Below are positions 30,338-40,768 of a stretch of 64,000 bases of DNA, in pieces. Within the stretch, counting starts at the first letter, position 1, and each line of letters begins with the position of its first letter. Below the pieces are notes generated by a model, which saw nothing but the letters and a program-made list of their open reading frames with translations, was not told the origin of the DNA and made no database searches. Both the position numbers and the translations under genes were made by a program. Source of the DNA: Methanobacteriota archaeon (GTDB lineage Archaea; Halobacteriota; Bog-38; Methanoflorentales; Methanoflorentaceae); the NCBI GenBank assembly GCA_963720465.1, contig OY970393.1, forward strand, positions 384,001 to 448,000. Direction: 5' to 3'.

Positions 30338-31080
30338 TGTTGCGATGGCATCTAGTCGATACGCATTGTCACATCGACACGCCTGCGTTTGACGACGACA
30401 GACCGTCAGTGATTCAGAGAGCGTTCGACGCGCGAATTGGACTCATTAATTCGGGCATTAGCCTCACATCGAATTTGGCGACGAGAGAATTGCTTCAGCA
30501 CGAGAACGTGTACGCCGCCTACGGCCTAAGTCCGCTTAACGTTGCTGAAAAGAAAAGTGTAGAAGAATTCATTCGGCAAAACGCAGGTTCAGCAACCGCA
30601 GTTGGCGAGGTTGGGCTAGATTTTTACCATGTCAAGTCGGAGCCGCAACGTGAGAGACAAGAAAACGCGTTTGAGCAATTCATTCAGCTGAGTCAAGAGC
30701 TCGGCTTACCTCTTGTCATTCACAGTCGCGATGCCGAAGAGCGCGTTTTTGAGCTCGTGCACGGTGTTGATCAGGCGGTCTATCACTGCTACGGGGGCAG
30801 TGTGGAGTTGCTCAAAAAGATCGTAGACTGCGGGCACTATGTTTCAATTTCAACGCGAGTGTGCCGCTCTGGGCACCACCAGAAGCTCGTTGAGAAGGCC
30901 CCCCAAGATAGGGTAGTCATCGAGACTGATAGTCCCTATCTAGCCGCGCGCCGAGGTCGAAATGAACCCTCGTTCGTAGGAGACGCGATCGTTGCCATAT
31001 CGCGGATCTGGGACACGGAAGTTGAAGATGCGGCGTCGATTATCGCGGAAAATACTCGTAGGGCTTTTAATCTTGGATAG
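30337..31080 (+). CDS. tatD: TatD-family nuclease
   Basis: DTHCH, GEVGLD, IHSR and ETDSPY. Confidence 0.9.
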   Translation: MLRWHLVDTHCHIDTPAFDDDRPSVIQRAFDARIGLINSGISLTSNLATRELLQHENVYAAYGLSPLNVAEKKSVEEFIRQNAGSATAVGEVGLDFYHVKSEPQRERQENAFEQFIQLSQELGLPLVIHSRDAEERVFELVHGVDQAVYHCYGGSVELLKKIVDCGHYVSISTRVCRSGHHQKLVEKAPQDRVVIETDSPYLAARRGRNEPSFVGDAIVAISRIWDTEVEDAASIIAENTRRAFNLG

Positions 31081-31174
31081 AAAGGCTCATTTCGGACGAA
31101 TAAAAGGAAAACATATATAGCACGCCGCAGTACATTATTTTACCATTTTTGCAATAGTAGGAGTCTTAGCATTT

Positions 31175-31720
31175 ATGCCTTCTATCCCCCATATTAAGGA
31201 CCGATTCAAGATTAGGACGATAATTCGACGGCGAGAACGAGCCCGTAAGGGTATTGGGCTGCTCGTTGATGGGCCTAACATGCTTCGGAAGGAATTTCAA
31301 ATCGACCTAGAAGAAATACGAAACACCCTAAAGGAATTCGGCGACATCAAGGTAGGCAGGGTCTACCTGAACCAGTATGCCTCTGAGAAACTGGTTGAGG
31401 CAATCGAGAACCAAGGATTTGAGCCGGTGGTTAGCTCGAGCGACGTCGATGTTCGACTTGCCGTTGAAGCTACTGAGCTCATTTTTAATCCTAATATAGA
31501 TATTATCGCAATAGTGACCCGAGATGCTGATTTCAAGCCTGTGCTTTCAAAAGCGATGGAGCATGGCAAAGAGACAGTCATCTTCGGAGCAGAGCCTGGG
31601 TTTTCGACCGCGCTTAAAAATCTCGCTGACGTCGTTGTAATATTGAGCGATAACAGTGTCGCTGCGAGCGAGAAGTTTGGCGCGAAAAACGAGGAAGAAG
31701 TCTACCCAAAACCCGCGTAA
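31175..31720 (+). CDS. NYN-domain protein (TIGR00288-like)
   Basis: LLVDGPNMLRKEF, DVDV and TRDADF. Confidence 0.88.
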   Translation: MPSIPHIKDRFKIRTIIRRRERARKGIGLLVDGPNMLRKEFQIDLEEIRNTLKEFGDIKVGRVYLNQYASEKLVEAIENQGFEPVVSSSDVDVRLAVEATELIFNPNIDIIAIVTRDADFKPVLSKAMEHGKETVIFGAEPGFSTALKNLADVVVILSDNSVAASEKFGAKNEEEVYPKPA

Positions 31721-31753
31721 CGCTTCAAGTCTTGTCCGAACGCGGAAGATGGG

Positions 31754-32119
31754 TTATGCGCCCTGCGGCGCAGTCCCCCCTCCGAGTGCTTTTTGCAGCT
31801 GTTGCTGGAGTTGTTGAAAACGCGTTTGAACGCGTTCTTCCTGCCTTTCAAGGCTCTTTAAGCGTACATCATACGTCTCTTTTTTTTCCGTTAGCTCAAC
31901 CTTCACTTCATCTTTGTTCGCACGAACGAGGATAGTTCCTACGGTCTTGAAAATAACAGCTTTTTCGTCCAGTTTTTCGAGCTCAACGAGGGTTTGGTTA
32001 GCTTCGTTTAAGGCGAGTTCGAGTTGGCTTCGTTGAACAGCAAGCGCTTGTGCCTGCTGTTGAAGTTGTTGCAACTGAGCAACTTGATTTTGAATTTGGG
32101 GTGGTAATTCGGTACTCAT
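31754..32119 (-). CDS. pfdB: Prefoldin beta subunit
   Basis: LPPQIQNQVAQLQQLQQQ and FKTVG; superoperon position. Confidence 0.93.
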   Translation of the reverse strand: MSTELPPQIQNQVAQLQQLQQQAQALAVQRSQLELALNEANQTLVELEKLDEKAVIFKTVGTILVRANKDEVKVELTEKKETYDVRLKSLERQEERVQTRFQQLQQQLQKALGGGTAPQGA

Positions 32120-32164
32120 TCAATATTCTCCTTGAGGGTCTTTTTCAAGCGGTTACAGTTTAGT

Positions 32165-32419
32165 TTAATTCTTTAAAGTATCTGCGACAAGTTCGTCCAC
32201 TTCCGTAGCAATCAGCACCAATCTCAGCCACGAATTTGTCGCCGACCGGCAGGAGGCTACGTCCGAAGCTTCTATGTCGATGACTAGCTTCTCTGCCGTC
32301 TTATGTACGGTCACAGAAGAGCGCGTCCCCGCGATGGCGATTGTCTCCAATTCAGGAGTAATTGAACGGTACAAATAGTCTGCGTTTTGCGTTTCTATCA
32401 AGTACGTTGAATGGAGCAT
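32165..32419 (-). CDS. pcc1: KEOPS subunit Pcc1
   Basis: IEASDVASCRSATNSWLRL; superoperon position. Confidence 0.82.
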   Translation of the reverse strand: MLHSTYLIETQNADYLYRSITPELETIAIAGTRSSVTVHKTAEKLVIDIEASDVASCRSATNSWLRLVLIATEVDELVADTLKN

Positions 32420-32496
32420 TGTGTATCAAGGCCCGTATCGCGAGCGGCTAGCGATTTCTTGCGCTCAACAATGGTAGACTTTAAGCACTCCTTTGC

Positions 32497-32634
32497 CTAA
32501 AGGACCCTCACTTTCTTGATGATAGTAGGCCGCTCTTTTATCAATATTCGATGGCCGCAATAAGGACACCTGATCCCGCCGTACTCGGACTCTACTTCAA
32601 CCTCGCGCTTACACCGAATGCATTTGTAAACCGT
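32497..32634 (-). CDS. rpoP: RNA polymerase subunit P (Rpo12)
   Basis: VYKCIRCK...[16 protein letters not shown]; follows rpl37ae; missing from the ORF track; apparent ACG start. Confidence 0.92.
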   Translation of the reverse strand, partial: TVYKCIRCKREVEVESEYGGIRCPYCGHRILIKERPTIIKKVRVL

Positions 32635-32651
32635 AAAATCACCTCGCAAGT

Positions 32652-32948
32652 TCAAATCTGTTCTTTTTCCTCATTCGCGCGGCGAATCGAGCGCGCGACG
32701 GTTTTGCCAACCGAGGTCTCCGGGAGGTATGCTCCCCCAGCAAATGTTGTTTGGCACTTCGCACACACCCATATCCCCGTGCCATTTCGAGACACCGCTT
32801 TTCGCCCACATGCAGGACACTTGTGCGCTTGGTGCATCGCCGCTTCGACGTCAGCAACTCTCTTGCGAATCTTGCGACCGTATCGCGGGCCGAACCGGCC
32901 TGCAGAACGGGTCTTTCTTCCCTTCTTGCGCGCGCCTTTCTTAACCAT
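32652..32948 (-). CDS. rpl37ae: 50S ribosomal protein L37Ae
   Basis: [13 protein letters not shown] and GIWVCAKC...GGAY. Confidence 0.96.
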   Translation of the reverse strand: MVKKGARKKGRKTRSAGRFGPRYGRKIRKRVADVEAAMHQAHKCPACGRKAVSRNGTGIWVCAKCQTTFAGGAYLPETSVGKTVARSIRRANEEKEQI

Positions 32949-33726
32949 TCGTTGAACCACCAAAAAGATCATCTCTGATCTGCATGGCTTTGCTGCTCGC
33001 TAGCTTGACGATACGCGCAATCTCTTCCACGGAGAGCGTTCCAGTTCCGCTTTTCTGCATTCCTGCAAGTGCTCCCTGCAAACCGGAGATGACCGTTATT
33101 CTTGAAGATGCGATAGTCTCTTCATCTAGTGAGGGGTCCAGCATGATTTCGCCATCGAGGTCAACCGCGGTCACCGCTATTGGTGATTCGTTGATCGGTA
33201 GCGGGGCGTCAGGTCCATAGCCATATCGCTCACAGGGTTTTTTTGCGTTTACGAGCGCAGCGAGCGCTCCGAGAGCGGCCGCGTCCATGAGATTTCCAGC
33301 GTGGTCTAGGACGTGCACGTCAATGAAAATGAGCCACACTTTGCCGTCGGGTAACGTTAGTTGAGATAAGTCTATAGCTCCAGATTCTCGAACGCCGCGG
33401 TCCACGACACGTGCGAGCTCAATCGCATTTTCATCGGGTGGGCCTGGTTCAAAGGACGGAGATGCCAATGGCACAAGCTCCACGTTGGTTATTATCACAC
33501 CCGTGTCAGGTGCATCTGGAAAAGGCTCTCCGGGTTGAACCTTTACACCAACGAGAACCTGTGTGTTGCCTATCTTCACTCTTGCGGAGCCTTCGGCTTT
33601 ACCTATCAACCCTACTTCGACCTGTATCGGGCGATATTCATCAAGTGCCCGTCCATCTGCCCTTTCACTTCGCTTGGCAAGACCGTAAATGTAGTCTCTT
33701 CTTATCTCAGCAATCACGTCATTCAT
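32941..33726 (-). CDS. rrp42: Exosome subunit Rrp42
   Basis: RADGR, AEGSA and [24 protein letters not shown]. Confidence 0.95.
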   Translation of the reverse strand: MNDVIAEIRRDYIYGLAKRSERADGRALDEYRPIQVEVGLIGKAEGSARVKIGNTQVLVGVKVQPGEPFPDAPDTGVIITNVELVPLASPSFEPGPPDENAIELARVVDRGVRESGAIDLSQLTLPDGKVWLIFIDVHVLDHAGNLMDAAALGALAALVNAKKPCERYGYGPDAPLPINESPIAVTAVDLDGEIMLDPSLDEETIASSRITVISGLQGALAGMQKSGTGTLSVEEIARIVKLASSKAMQIRDDLFGGSTNG

Positions 33727-34429
33727 CTTCTTCCCCTCGATACTTCTGAATTAGCGCTTCTCTTTGCATTTCTGCAATGCTGGCACAACCTATCTTACCG
33801 AGTTCTAGCGCCTGTTCAAACTCGTCCAGCGTCAAATGTCCGTCCATCTGGAGCAGCGTGACTTCCCCGGTCCGTACATCCATGGCGACTGGCATGTCTG
33901 CCTGCCCATAGTTGTCCTCCTCTTTCACGAGATCTAAGACAACCGTATCATCCACCTTGCCAACCGCACACGACGAAATGAGACCGCGCATGGGCACTCC
34001 AGCATCAGCCAACGCAACAGAAGCCGCATTTATCCCTGCTGATCGAGTGCCGGCATCGGCTTGAAGAATCTCCACGAAGATGTCGATTGTCGACCTTGGA
34101 TAAAACTCTTTGATGATGACGGGATCGATCGCTTCTCTGCTCACCTTTGAGATCTCTATGCTCCTCCGGTCAGGGCCTGGTCGCCGCCGCTCCTCCACTG
34201 AAAAAGACGCCATATTGTAGCGGTACCGGATGATTGCACGGTTTGCTTCCTGCAGGTGACGCGGATGTACTGCCCGTGGGCCGTAAACGGCGGCTATAAT
34301 CTTGTTTCCACCGTGCTCGACATAACACGAGCCGTCGGCCCGTTCAAGTGGGCCAACCTCAAACTTGATTGGACGTAGCTCATTCGGGAGCCGATCGTCT
34401 ATTCTCTTACCGTTTTTCATGAACTCCAT
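33719..34429 (-). CDS. rrp41: Exosome subunit Rrp41
   Basis: [19 protein letters not shown] and QADAGTR. Confidence 0.95.
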   Translation of the reverse strand: MEFMKNGKRIDDRLPNELRPIKFEVGPLERADGSCYVEHGGNKIIAAVYGPRAVHPRHLQEANRAIIRYRYNMASFSVEERRRPGPDRRSIEISKVSREAIDPVIIKEFYPRSTIDIFVEILQADAGTRSAGINAASVALADAGVPMRGLISSCAVGKVDDTVVLDLVKEEDNYGQADMPVAMDVRTGEVTLLQMDGHLTLDEFEQALELGKIGCASIAEMQREALIQKYRGEEDE

Positions 34430-35099
34430 GCTTTTCTTCCTCTAACAACTTAGTTATCCTATCTGTGAGTCCCGACGTGTGCGCCTCTTGCTCGATTCTT
34501 TTGATTACTTTGACGGCGAGATCCTCGTCTTCTGCTTTCCCATTGATCCAAATACGGCCATTTTTCCCTACGAAAATGTTTACGTCGAGTTTACTCTTGA
34601 GCAAACTTATCATCGACCCGGCCCGGCCGATAACCCGCGGAACTTTTGTATACGAGACCTCGACGACTCTACCACTTCGCAGCACACGTAGTTGACCTTC
34701 TCGGGGCGCGAGTTCAATCTTCATGGATGGATCTACATCTACAACCTTGAATATCGCGAGGTCGCCGACACCCATGATCTTCGCCATTTCGCTTGATTCG
34801 ATGCGGCGAGGATATTCTGATATATGCATGAGCGCTTCGTACGGTGAGTTAATGTCGACCTTCCAGTTCGAGAAGCTGATGTCTGATACCATTCCGATGA
34901 CCACGTCACCGATCGCAGGAAGATATTTTCCCGAAAGTGGGATCACCCGCACTTTTTCCCTTTCGTCAGCAAGCCCGTATATGAGCGAGTAGACTTTCCC
35001 GTTTTCAACGTAGGTTCCCTCTGCACCTTTAGTTGCGTCTTCAGATAGTAGATCTCCCGGCACGACGATCGTCTTATCGAGTTTTTCTTGCTTCTTCAT
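34407..35099 (-). CDS. rrp4: Exosome RNA-binding subunit Rrp4
   Basis: VVPGD, S1 domain, KH motif [12 protein letters not shown] and VGKNGRIW. Confidence 0.95.
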   Translation of the reverse strand: MKKQEKLDKTIVVPGDLLSEDATKGAEGTYVENGKVYSLIYGLADEREKVRVIPLSGKYLPAIGDVVIGMVSDISFSNWKVDINSPYEALMHISEYPRRIESSEMAKIMGVGDLAIFKVVDVDPSMKIELAPREGQLRVLRSGRVVEVSYTKVPRVIGRAGSMISLLKSKLDVNIFVGKNGRIWINGKAEDEDLAVKVIKRIEQEAHTSGLTDRITKLLEEEKHGVHEKR

Positions 35100-35812
35100 T
35101 TTTGCCCTTCCCGGGTAACGATTCGCGTTTCGGCTTCCCCTCGTGATAGTCGATTTACCAGCTCATAAAAATCGTTTTGCAGTCCTGCAGGAAACCGGAC
35201 CACGCCGATCCAAGAGCCGTCTTTTTGCCACTCCCGTCTCACTATCGTGCCAAATCGCTGGATGGGGCCCTCCGATTTTGCGGCATAGTGGGCCGGCACC
35301 TTGACGGCAATCTTGACCTCCTCAAATCTGATAGGTATTAGTGGGCGGATTGCCTTCAAAGCGACGTTCACTTGCTCGTCGACACTTCTTAGGGGGTCTA
35401 TATTCACTTTTGCCTCTTCAAGTGCTTTTTCTATTCGCTGTGGCGGATGAGGCAGGCCCGTTTGGGGATTTATAGCATTCGCAGCTATGGTAGCAATAAC
35501 TTGCTTTCGCTTGTGCTCTTGGATCTTGCGCCTTTGCTGGGCGGTTAGATGTAGATCACCTTCTATGATGATCCGTTTTGCGATGGCTGCTGGATCCGTG
35601 GTACTAAACGCGTGCTGGAGGTTCTCGTCAGACGCTTTTTCCCCTTTTGATGCATCTTTAAATATCTCTTCAATCGCTAGAACAGCGTCCAGCTCAATAT
35701 CGTCGCCTTCTCGCAATCGTAAGGCATTTTCGGGGTCAGCGAGCACTTCAAAGTGTTCTCCTCCTCTCGCAAATCGAGCTACGACTGCCTTATCAAGAGA
35801 TACCATCTGCAC
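35096..35812 (-). CDS. Ribosome maturation factor SBDS/Sdo1
   Basis: GEHFEVL, INPQTGLPHPPQRIE and EWQKDGSW. Confidence 0.93.
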   Translation of the reverse strand: MQMVSLDKAVVARFARGGEHFEVLADPENALRLREGDDIELDAVLAIEEIFKDASKGEKASDENLQHAFSTTDPAAIAKRIIIEGDLHLTAQQRRKIQEHKRKQVIATIAANAINPQTGLPHPPQRIEKALEEAKVNIDPLRSVDEQVNVALKAIRPLIPIRFEEVKIAVKVPAHYAAKSEGPIQRFGTIVRREWQKDGSWIGVVRFPAGLQNDFYELVNRLSRGEAETRIVTREGQK

Positions 35813-35864
35813 CTACTCCTCTGTGTGCTGTTCGTTTATGGGGGCGCAAAAAGATGCGAAACCA

Positions 35865-36602
35865 TTATTCTTTAGGCATCGACTCGAGCACACTTTTCAC
35901 GTACGCTTCGAGGTCCTCCGTGCCTAGCTTCTTAAATTGGTTATCTTCCGCGTATACAGCGGCGATTTCGATGGTATCAATTGTAAGCTTGCCTTCCGTT
36001 GCCTTGTACAGCGCTTCAAGCCCAAGTTTTATGGCGTTGTCAATGTCGGCGTTTTGGTCATATTTCTCTTCGAGAAACTCCATAACAGCATTTCGCCCCG
36101 AACCAATTCCAGTAGCCTTTACCATCAAAAGGGCGCCGCTCGGGTCTGTTTCAAAAAGCCGCGGACCCGAGTCATCAATCCCCCCGATGAGAAGTGCCGT
36201 CCCGTAGGGCCTAACCCCTCCATATTGTGTGAACGTCTGCTTGTGATCGGCGATTTTTTTTGCGAGTGCTTCAATGCGAATAGGTTCGTTATACACAACG
36301 CGGTTGATCTGGGCGTCGACACGGGCACGGTCGACTAAAGCCCTAGCGTCAGCCACGAGGCCGGAAGTCACAGCGCCAATATGATCGTCTATTTGGAAGA
36401 TCTTCTCGGTAGATTGGGGCTCAAGGAGCCGACTTGAGATACGCTTGTCGACGAGCAGTGCTACGCCATCCTTTGCTTTTATGCCGACCGACGTGGTGCC
36501 TCGTTTTACAGCCTCGCGCGCGTATTCGACTTGAAAAAGTCTACCGTCCGGTGAAAACACGGTGATAGCTCTATCGTACCCCATTTGTGGTGCCATCTGC
36601 AT
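35865..36602 (-). CDS. psmA: Proteasome alpha subunit
   Basis: YDRAITVFSPDGRLFQVEYA. Confidence 0.97.
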   Translation of the reverse strand: MQMAPQMGYDRAITVFSPDGRLFQVEYAREAVKRGTTSVGIKAKDGVALLVDKRISSRLLEPQSTEKIFQIDDHIGAVTSGLVADARALVDRARVDAQINRVVYNEPIRIEALAKKIADHKQTFTQYGGVRPYGTALLIGGIDDSGPRLFETDPSGALLMVKATGIGSGRNAVMEFLEEKYDQNADIDNAIKLGLEALYKATEGKLTIDTIEIAAVYAEDNQFKKLGTEDLEAYVKSVLESMPKE

Positions 36603-37105
36603 TATATTAGCCTCTCATTGTCATCGATCGTGATGCCGATGAATTGGACGTCAGCACGATCAACAATTTCCCTATCTTCTGGAATTATATCAATTTCCTT
36701 GCCACGCATCCTCACTGCTTTCCCGGACACGGGCACTGTCACATAAGAAGATATAATGCGTCGTATTTTCTCGTCAATTTGTAAATACTTTTCTATAGCA
36801 GCCTTGATCGTTCCGGAAGTGCCGACAACCGTCACGCCAACACGATTGTTCTCAATCTTGCCGATGCTTGCAAATGTCGCTTGTAATTCGGACACGTGTT
36901 GGTAGCGACAACGCACAAGCCCTTTTGTGCCATCAAACATAACAACTTTGATTCCCAACTTACTTACTCCGACGTCTCCAAACAGGCTTTTTGCAGCATC
37001 GAAGATTTCTGCTTGTAAATCGCGCGTTCTCACGGGTTCTTCAGAGTTGAGCGTGAAGGCGACGTATCGAAAGCTGTCTCGCAAAGTAGGCCGAAGTGGT
37101 TTCAT
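36602..37105 (-). CDS. rnp2: RNase P protein Pop5
   Basis: MKPLRPTLR..RYVAF and GTSGTIK. Start reassigned. Confidence 0.9.
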   Translation of the reverse strand: MKPLRPTLRDSFRYVAFTLNSEEPVRTRDLQAEIFDAAKSLFGDVGVSKLGIKVVMFDGTKGLVRCRYQHVSELQATFASIGKIENNRVGVTVVGTSGTIKAAIEKYLQIDEKIRRIISSYVTVPVSGKAVRMRGKEIDIIPEDREIVDRADVQFIGITIDDNERLI

Positions 37106-37761
37106 ACGCGCTCCTCTTCTTTTTGTGTACTGCGCTTGATAATATTTCGCGGCACACTCGATAAAGCGGCCGTCGCTTCCGTGTCTTCTAGAGGCAAAAG
37201 CCGTGCGAGAGCTTTTAATTGGCGAGGAGCCCGCAGGTCGAAGTGTGAATAGGCATCGCTCGTAATAACGATTTGTACTCCAAACTTCTGGCATAATACG
37301 ACGTTTTGATGCTGGAACGCGAGCAATCGAGATCTTGCAACTTGTCCTTTCTTCCAAAAGTAACCAAAGCTCAAGCCGAGCGCGACGCCGTTTTTTTCGG
37401 CGATTTTAGCTGTCACTTGGTTCAGACCACCTCGTTTACCTCTTTCCGGGTGCATCAAAAGATCTACGCGGTCATCGCTGCAAGCAGCCCTGTTGATTTG
37501 TTCATCCCCGCCGTGCACACTTATGACGGCCGCTGTGTCGCTAAAGAACGCAATTTTCTTACGCAGGTCGCGAACGCTATGCGCGACAATTTCTATTCCT
37601 AAAATGGCGTTCGAGTCGGAAAACTGAGACCAGTAAGGCGAATGTGTTATTAGACCAATGGCAGTGAATCCAAGACTCCGAGCAACGAGGTTAAGCCTTT
37701 TCGGCGTGTCTGCCCCTTCCGGAAAGGCGTGAACGCTTATATCGACGTAGTCAGGCATCAT
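37102..37761 (-). CDS. rnp3: RNase P protein Rpp30
   Basis: VHGGDEQINRAA and TSDAYSHFDLRAPR. Confidence 0.9.
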   Translation of the reverse strand: MMPDYVDISVHAFPEGADTPKRLNLVARSLGFTAIGLITHSPYWSQFSDSNAILGIEIVAHSVRDLRKKIAFFSDTAAVISVHGGDEQINRAACSDDRVDLLMHPERGKRGGLNQVTAKIAEKNGVALGLSFGYFWKKGQVARSRLLAFQHQNVVLCQKFGVQIVITSDAYSHFDLRAPRQLKALARLLPLEDTEATAALSSVPRNIIKRSTQKEEERV

Positions 37762-38233
37762 CAAAGAGGTCGCGAATAATCCGGGTTGCGGTCCCAATAC
37801 GAGCAGGATATGCTGCTATCTTTACGCGCAGCACTATTGGGTCTTCATTCCCTTGTCGGAGGAACCCGCGCGCGGCTGCCTGTTTGCTAAATTTCATAAC
37901 TAGTGTGCACCGTCGGCTGAGGTGCTGCGGGATTTGTTCTCGCAGTTCCATTAGCTCATCTGTTGGGAGCTTCTGCTTGATCGCGCCGACAACGTGGCGA
38001 GTCTCGTATGCTTTTTCGGTTCGCGCGGTGAGAATAACCATTGGATTTCCAAAGTGTCCCGTCACCGACAGGCGATCGACGCTGACGCTCTCTGGCACTA
38101 TTAGCCGCAGCGCCGCTAGAACTTTGCCCTCATTCTCAGTACCGTGAGCGAAAACACTGACGGAAATGCTGTGAATTGTTTTTTTAGGCCTGCACGATGC
38201 GTCGCTGCCATTCAGGACAAGAGGCAACTTCAA
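37751..38233 (-). CDS. Predicted RNA-binding protein of the exosome superoperon (DUF54-like)
   Basis: HGTENEGKV, GHFGNP, KQAA and KIAAYP. Start uncertain. Confidence 0.8.
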   Translation of the reverse strand: MKLPLVLNGSDASCRPKKTIHSISVSVFAHGTENEGKVLAALRLIVPESVSVDRLSVTGHFGNPMVILTARTEKAYETRHVVGAIKQKLPTDELMELREQIPQHLSRRCTLVMKFSKQAAARGFLRQGNEDPIVLRVKIAAYPARIGTATRIIRDLFDDA

Positions 38234-38248
38234 TCCTCAGGAAAGGGC

Positions 38249-38830
38249 TCACGATCCTCGTCTATCATGAGCACTAAGTGAGGGCATTGTTTTTTCGGCA
38301 CCTCGCCCTTTGTTCCTTAAACCGCGACCTTTCTTACCGGCGCTTGTCGTCCCTCGCAGGGCGCGCCCACGCGAAGACGCAATCCAGTTGAGATTGCCAT
38401 CGCTCAGTATCCTCGGGTGGTTCGGATCAACGAGTATTATTTCGTACCACTTCGATTTCCCGTCTTGTCCTACCCAGTAGGAGTTCAGCACCTCCAAATT
38501 GGGAAATCTTCGTGCAGCACGTTCTTCTGCAATGCGCTGTGAACTTTTTCGAGCGGTAAGCCTGTCAACTCCGAGATGCTTCGTTCGACGGCCTCCGCGC
38601 GGGCGCTGTTTTCTCCTGCCACCTCGCCACGTTCTCACACGAGCCGTGATGATACCTTGTTTGGCTTTATATCCCAAGCTTCTCGCTCTGTCGAGTCGCG
38701 TCGGCCTCGTGATGCGAATAACCGCCGGCTCACGCCGCCAGGTTTGTAGGCGCTGCCACGTGAGGCTTTTGACGTAGCTGCGTTCGGGGGTTTTCCAGGC
38801 ATCCCGTATATATCCATACATCGATTTCAT
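38249..38830 (-). CDS. rpl15e: 50S ribosomal protein L15e
   Basis: [17 protein letters not shown] and [10 protein letters not shown]. Confidence 0.97.
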   Translation of the reverse strand: MKSMYGYIRDAWKTPERSYVKSLTWQRLQTWRREPAVIRITRPTRLDRARSLGYKAKQGIITARVRTWRGGRRKQRPRGGRRTKHLGVDRLTARKSSQRIAEERAARRFPNLEVLNSYWVGQDGKSKWYEIILVDPNHPRILSDGNLNWIASSRGRALRGTTSAGKKGRGLRNKGRGAEKTMPSLSAHDRRGS

Positions 38831-38939
38831 TTTGATCTTGTCTCAAGCGGTTCAGCATTTAAGCTACATTCCTTAGGATGCGCAATTAGCGTTCATTGAA
38901 CGCTGCTTAAACAAGAGAATCATAGAACATATATCTTTC

Positions 38940-40121
38940 CTACTTGGCGCGCGAACTCGCGACTATTTTGATTATATCCCCATTTTGAAGTATGTGGTGC
39001 TCGCCGAGCCGCTTTTTCGTGCGCGCGTCGACAGCGTAGATGAACCCGCGTCCGATATCAGAATGAACTTTGAAGGCGAGATCCTTGGCATTTTCTCCTT
39101 CCTTAATTAGAAAGGCATCGGGCAAGACTCTTCCTTCCTTGTCTGACCATCGGTGCTCGTCTTCGACGGGATATACAACGATGTATCTGAGAACATCGAA
39201 CACTGCCTTGTTTAGGCATGTTTGTACTCCCGTACCATCAGCCTCAATGAATTTCTGCAATCGCTCAAGAGCCTTCCGCTGCTGCTGATTTGATCGCGCT
39301 GCTACTACAAAATGAGTGTTTCCTGGAACGTAGGTCACGAGCCCCTTTTGATGGGCTAGTCGAAGCGCAAGTTCGGCCTCACCACTCGTTGCCACCACGT
39401 CTTGGCAGACGTCTTCTATCCGCTCTAAATTATGCGGTGAAGCGACGTCTCTCTTGTTGGCCGCTATGATTATCGGTTTCGCGATCGTCCTCAGTTGCTG
39501 CGACAAGTTGACTATGTCTTCGCTTTCCCAATTCTCCGCCGATCGCTCAAACAGCCCAAGCTTCAGCATAGCAGTTTTGACTTGGTTCTCCCCTATGTTG
39601 AGACCTGCTAACTGAGTCGCAATGACGTGCGCCACGTTGCGTTCTAACTGCGCTTTCTTTGCGAGTCTGTGCCAATTCTTTTCAATAATGCCCGCAATCC
39701 ACAGAGCGATCTCACTTTCAAGTAGAGTTACGTCCTCCACTGGGTCGTGCGACGCGGTGCCGAGCACATTGCCCTCTATATCAGTGCCACCAGATGCATC
39801 AATCACGTTTATAATCGCTTCTGACTGCCGTAGATTATCGAGAAAAGCGTTGCCGAGGCCTCGTCCCTTGTGAGCCTCGGGAACCAGGCCTGCCACGTCA
39901 ACCAGCTCAACAGGAACAAATCGGATTCCGTCAACACAGTGACCGCACCGAGCGCTGCGCTGAGTGCAAGGGCACGGAGCGCGCACATGCGACACCCCAC
40001 GGTTAGCGCTGATAGTCGTGAACGGATAATTTGCAATTTCGACATCCACAAGTGTGGCAGCCTTGAAGAAGGTTGACTTCCCCGTATTGGGCTTGCCGGC
40101 GAGAGCGACCGATAAGCTCAT
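38940..40121 (-). CDS. ychF: Obg-family ATPase/GTPase YchF-like with TGS domain
   Basis: GKPNTGKST, YPFTT, DVAGLV and C-terminal TGS. Confidence 0.9.
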   Translation of the reverse strand: MSLSVALAGKPNTGKSTFFKAATLVDVEIANYPFTTISANRGVSHVRAPCPCTQRSARCGHCVDGIRFVPVELVDVAGLVPEAHKGRGLGNAFLDNLRQSEAIINVIDASGGTDIEGNVLGTASHDPVEDVTLLESEIALWIAGIIEKNWHRLAKKAQLERNVAHVIATQLAGLNIGENQVKTAMLKLGLFERSAENWESEDIVNLSQQLRTIAKPIIIAANKRDVASPHNLERIEDVCQDVVATSGEAELALRLAHQKGLVTYVPGNTHFVVAARSNQQQRKALERLQKFIEADGTGVQTCLNKAVFDVLRYIVVYPVEDEHRWSDKEGRVLPDAFLIKEGENAKDLAFKVHSDIGRGFIYAVDARTKKRLGEHHILQNGDIIKIVASSRAK

Positions 40122-40765
40122 TTGAAGTTCACATCCGCCTGTTCGAGCAAGCGCTTGGCCCATTGCAATTTTTGCATCTTTCTCGGCGTAACGCTCGTGT
40201 CGGAAAAATCAAATCCAATCGCGCTGATCGTGCGAGCGCCGTACTCTTTCGCTAAGAAGATCGCCCGGTCTCCGTCAGTAAAACCACCTACGTTGAGTAA
40301 GAGCGGTTCAGGCTGCGTTTGGGCCGTACCAAGCACGGCGCTCAGCGACGGCACGTGCGCTTCGATCGCATTGATGTTGTCGCCGTGCGCGTGAACGACC
40401 ATTATCGCGCACATCGCATTTGCCCGCTTGAGGTCGCTGATGCTGCCGTCGAGATCGGAAACGACTATGTGGGGGATGACCCCCTGCGCCAACAGCACCG
40501 AGGTTGCACCATCGGCCGCAATGATCGTCTCTTGACCCTCAATCTTGCCGCTCTTGATGTCACGAATCAGTATGGGCGCTTTGCCGCAGACGAGGACGTT
40601 GCATCCATTGATGAGGTGGCTCAGTTTTTCCAGCGTTGAGTCATAGCCTGTTTTTACAGCCAATAAGTGTGACAGAATCTGGGCGGAGCGCTCGTCTTGG
40701 GCGCAATCAAATCCGAACTCACGCACTATTTCCAAGTAGAAAGGCTGCCATTCTTTCAGGTTCAT
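40118..40765 (-). CDS. mptE: 6-hydroxymethyl-7,8-dihydropterin pyrophosphokinase MptE-like
   Basis: AADGA, SDLDG, HAHGDN and GGFTDGDRA. Confidence 0.88.
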   Translation of the reverse strand: MNLKEWQPFYLEIVREFGFDCAQDERSAQILSHLLAVKTGYDSTLEKLSHLINGCNVLVCGKAPILIRDIKSGKIEGQETIIAADGATSVLLAQGVIPHIVVSDLDGSISDLKRANAMCAIMVVHAHGDNINAIEAHVPSLSAVLGTAQTQPEPLLLNVGGFTDGDRAIFLAKEYGARTISAIGFDFSDTSVTPRKMQKLQWAKRLLEQADVNFK

Positions 40766-40768
40766 ACG

